From NCBI GenBank assembly GCA_965285935.1, contig OZ260662.1, positions 80,600,001-80,664,000 on the forward strand: a DNA stretch of 64,000 nt, read 5' to 3'. The first letter of the stretch is position 1. Every line of letters starts with the position of its first letter. Positions 61,425 through 64,000 of this stretch are shown here, one piece after another. The notes below the pieces were generated by a model that was not told the DNA's origin, ran no database searches, and was given only the letters and a program-made list of their open reading frames with translations. Origin of the DNA: Ophelia neglecta (taxonomy: Eukaryota). The position numbers and the translations under genes were made by a program.

Positions 61425-63756
61425 TTAACAATTTAGAAGTACACATTTGCCGTTGATGGCATTAACCATTGTGACAAAGCCGTTTAACATTTCCTCGAAT
61501 GAAGGTTGAATCTCCGAAGCAGGAGGTACAAAGCCGTAAACGTTACCATCAGAATCCTCGTTTCTCAGCTCTGGGGTAAAGGAGTATTTCACTCCACCAA
61601 CTCCTCTAGCATAGTCCTGAGTTAATCCCGATGCCGGATCTAAAGTATATCGGTTTAACATATTAAGTCGGTTTAACATATTAAGTAAGGCGACATCACG
61701 AAAAATTAATCGATTATTTGGATCCAAACATAAAGGCCCTATTTCAGAGTTGGAAACGTTTGTGGCAAAACTGCAATGCTAACATATTGTTTGGCAGGAA
61801 TTTCCGCCTTTCCATGTGCTGTGCCCAAAAGTGTTCTGGATTTTCTCAGCCATGACCTTAGCAACATAGTCCTGTGAGCAAAAAGAAACATTTGATGTTT
61901 GAGAATTAAAGGCACGGTTCAGAAAATGTATTGGTGGGATTAGCCTAAATATTCCAATTCCAGATCACAAGACACACCACTTCACTCTGTTCGGGTTCCT
62001 CCAGGAATTCACAGACTGACGTATCAGCGGGATCGACCAGACTCCCCCAAGGCATCAAGATGAGACGGGCAGCCGTGTGGATTGTAACAAAAGCCTTAAG
62101 ATGAGGAGCTAGCCGCCGGATTTCCGTTTGTACGTTCTGGACTTCTATCTGATCAGCGGGAGCTTCTCCTTTGTAGACATTTGAACATGGATTGGCACTG
62201 GCACCAGCGTCTGGAAATAAAATGTTCTAAGCTCTGGTTTTGATAATGCAACTGATATATCTAAAAAAAACATTTCCTCCCGTTTGAATGCAAAATTAAA
62301 TGAACATTTGAAATAAAACGTTAGCACGTTAAGCCCACGCCACACAGATCCACATACTTCCCCATTGGTGTTCGTAATTTCTGTTCAAATCTACGCCTAT
62401 GCAGTTTAAGACGAGTTCAGTATTGTTATATCTATTCTTTCTCCAAAGTCTTTCCTGAAACCAAAACCAACCTTAACATTACAAATATTGAGGCCAAAAC
62501 AACCGGCTATTGATTAAAGACGGACGTGCGGAGGCTATGCGGAGGCGGACGTCATGGATATGTCTGGGTGGCAAGAAGCAAAATTCTCCATCAAAGCTAA
62601 GGTAAGGGCTAGGGGTTTATTCAGTGTCCGGGAAAGGGTTAGGAACAGGTTTATACAGGTCTAGTATTGTGTCCTAAACTCGGGATTAACTTCCGCAAGG
62701 CTCCGCTTTTAATCAGAGGCTAAAAAATGCAATAAATAAACGAACGACGGATCATGGGAACAAGTATTGTAATGACATCTTCTTACATCCGTCCAACTAT
62801 AAACGTAACCATCCGGGTTGTGTACAAACAGGAAGTACCAGTCTCCATCATCTAACATCATCCGGGCATCCGTGTCCGAGTCGTAGTTGGTTATAATCTA
62901 CAAAGAAAATAAAAACGAAAATGCCAAGAAGTAAGGCTATTACCAGATAGAGTAAGAATATAAACATTAACCAATCACGGAGCGAGCTATTCCGTGTAGT
63001 CTTATATGTGCAAGGCGGAATTCTAGGATGTCATTATTACTTGCACAATGAGGGATATTGGAATTTGAAATTCTCAAAATGGGGACCTGCGGCCAACCTA
63101 GATAATAGGTGTATAGGCATATTAGCAATGTTTTGGCAGAACCCATGATCAAAAAATTTCAGAAAGTCGCCAGTAGGTCTACCATCCTTTTGTATTTAAC
63201 ATTAAAAGGGAAAAAATCGCGATCGGCTTCAATATTTATCAAGGATGTTGTTTTGCTGATCAAGCCCTACTGCTACTGTTGTGAGCGGCTTTGTGCCTGG
63301 GGTCTGGGAGGCGTTGTGCATTTTTTCTCTCCCTTCAACTCAGGAGTCTGAGCTTATCAGCAGTGATCAGGTGTTGGTGGTGTTTTCTGCCCCCCCCCCC
63401 CCCCACTCCTCCCTCCTCTCGTTGCCCTCGCCGTAATAATAGTTGTTCTCCACCTTCTTTGCATTTAACTAAGTTCCATTTTCTGTGTTAATATTTTGCT
63501 CGCATTTATAGTTATGTAAATTGTATCAACTCCGGTGTAACTATGTAGTTCAGGTACGAACAGACGAACTGATACCCAAATACAGAAGGACAAGACAAAA
63601 ATGCGTAGCCCTGTAGAGGTAACCAAGAACAACAATGTATATAACATTGCTCACGTGGTTGGCTATCTTCAGATTTGTTGCCACAGCAAGCCACTCTCTC
63701 GCGTGGATCTGGGAGTCCATCCAGTAGGCTCTGCGATACGGCTGGTCTTTGTACAC
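61425..63756 (-). CDS. CP7: M14A carboxypeptidase, exons 6-11 (5'-partial; closest to CP3): 63756-63655, 62897-62787, 62454-62358, 62210-61978, 61871-61784, 61639-61425
   Basis: IHARE, NPDGY, WRKNR, DLNRN, IHTAAR, YPASGLTQDY and PELRN, ending CVLLNC*. GT-AG introns in phase. Confidence 0.9.
62505..62720. mobile_element. Degenerate MITE-like element with internal GGGTTA-like motifs in CP7 intron 7
   Basis: Imperfect inverted ends TGATTAAAGACGGA..GCGGAG / CTTCCGC..TCCGCTTTTAATCA. Confidence 0.45.
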
Positions 63757-64000
63757 CTATAAATGATTATCATCTTAACAGAAAAACAGTATATGACAAC
63801 ATCTGCCAGAAGAAGCTTGATAATTACATTAGGGTTTTCCAGAAATTGCCCTGGAGCGGGGGGGGGGGGGGGATTTTATTTTTTGACCAAACCCCTCCGG
63901 ACTCGCTTGAAAAGCACCTTCCCTAACCCCTGTACAAATATGAGTAATTAAACCCACCACCCCCAGAATTCTCAACCCCCATCCTACGGACAATTTCAAC

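Overview
AT-rich, intron-rich animal (invertebrate-type) genomic DNA. No prokaryotic features, rRNA, tRNA or CRISPR were seen. The window opens with the last five exons of a neprilysin-family (M13) peptidase (<1-1155). The rest is a tandem array of seven M14A pro-carboxypeptidase A/B-like loci, assembled here exon by exon and labelled CP1-CP7. Five appear complete and intact (CP1+, CP2-, CP3+, CP4-, CP5-), CP6- is a partial pseudogene, and CP7- runs off the right edge. The paralogs keep all zinc and catalytic residues but have unusual S1' pockets (Met or Gln at position 255, non-Gly at 253). Five end in a shared C-x-L-L-x-C motif, while CP5 has an extra exon encoding a probable GPI-anchor signal. 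CP3 and CP7 show exon-limited gene conversion, and CP3 carries a minisatellite made of its own exon 5 splice-donor junction. Introns and spacers hold a near-intact CR1-group LINE, an integrase-less Mag-like Ty3/gypsy element, a CR1-like LINE with a 2A-like StopGo peptide, an L1/Tx1-like LINE, a P/hAT-like non-autonomous element and several MITEs. All gene models are manual reads of the sequence without transcript evidence.
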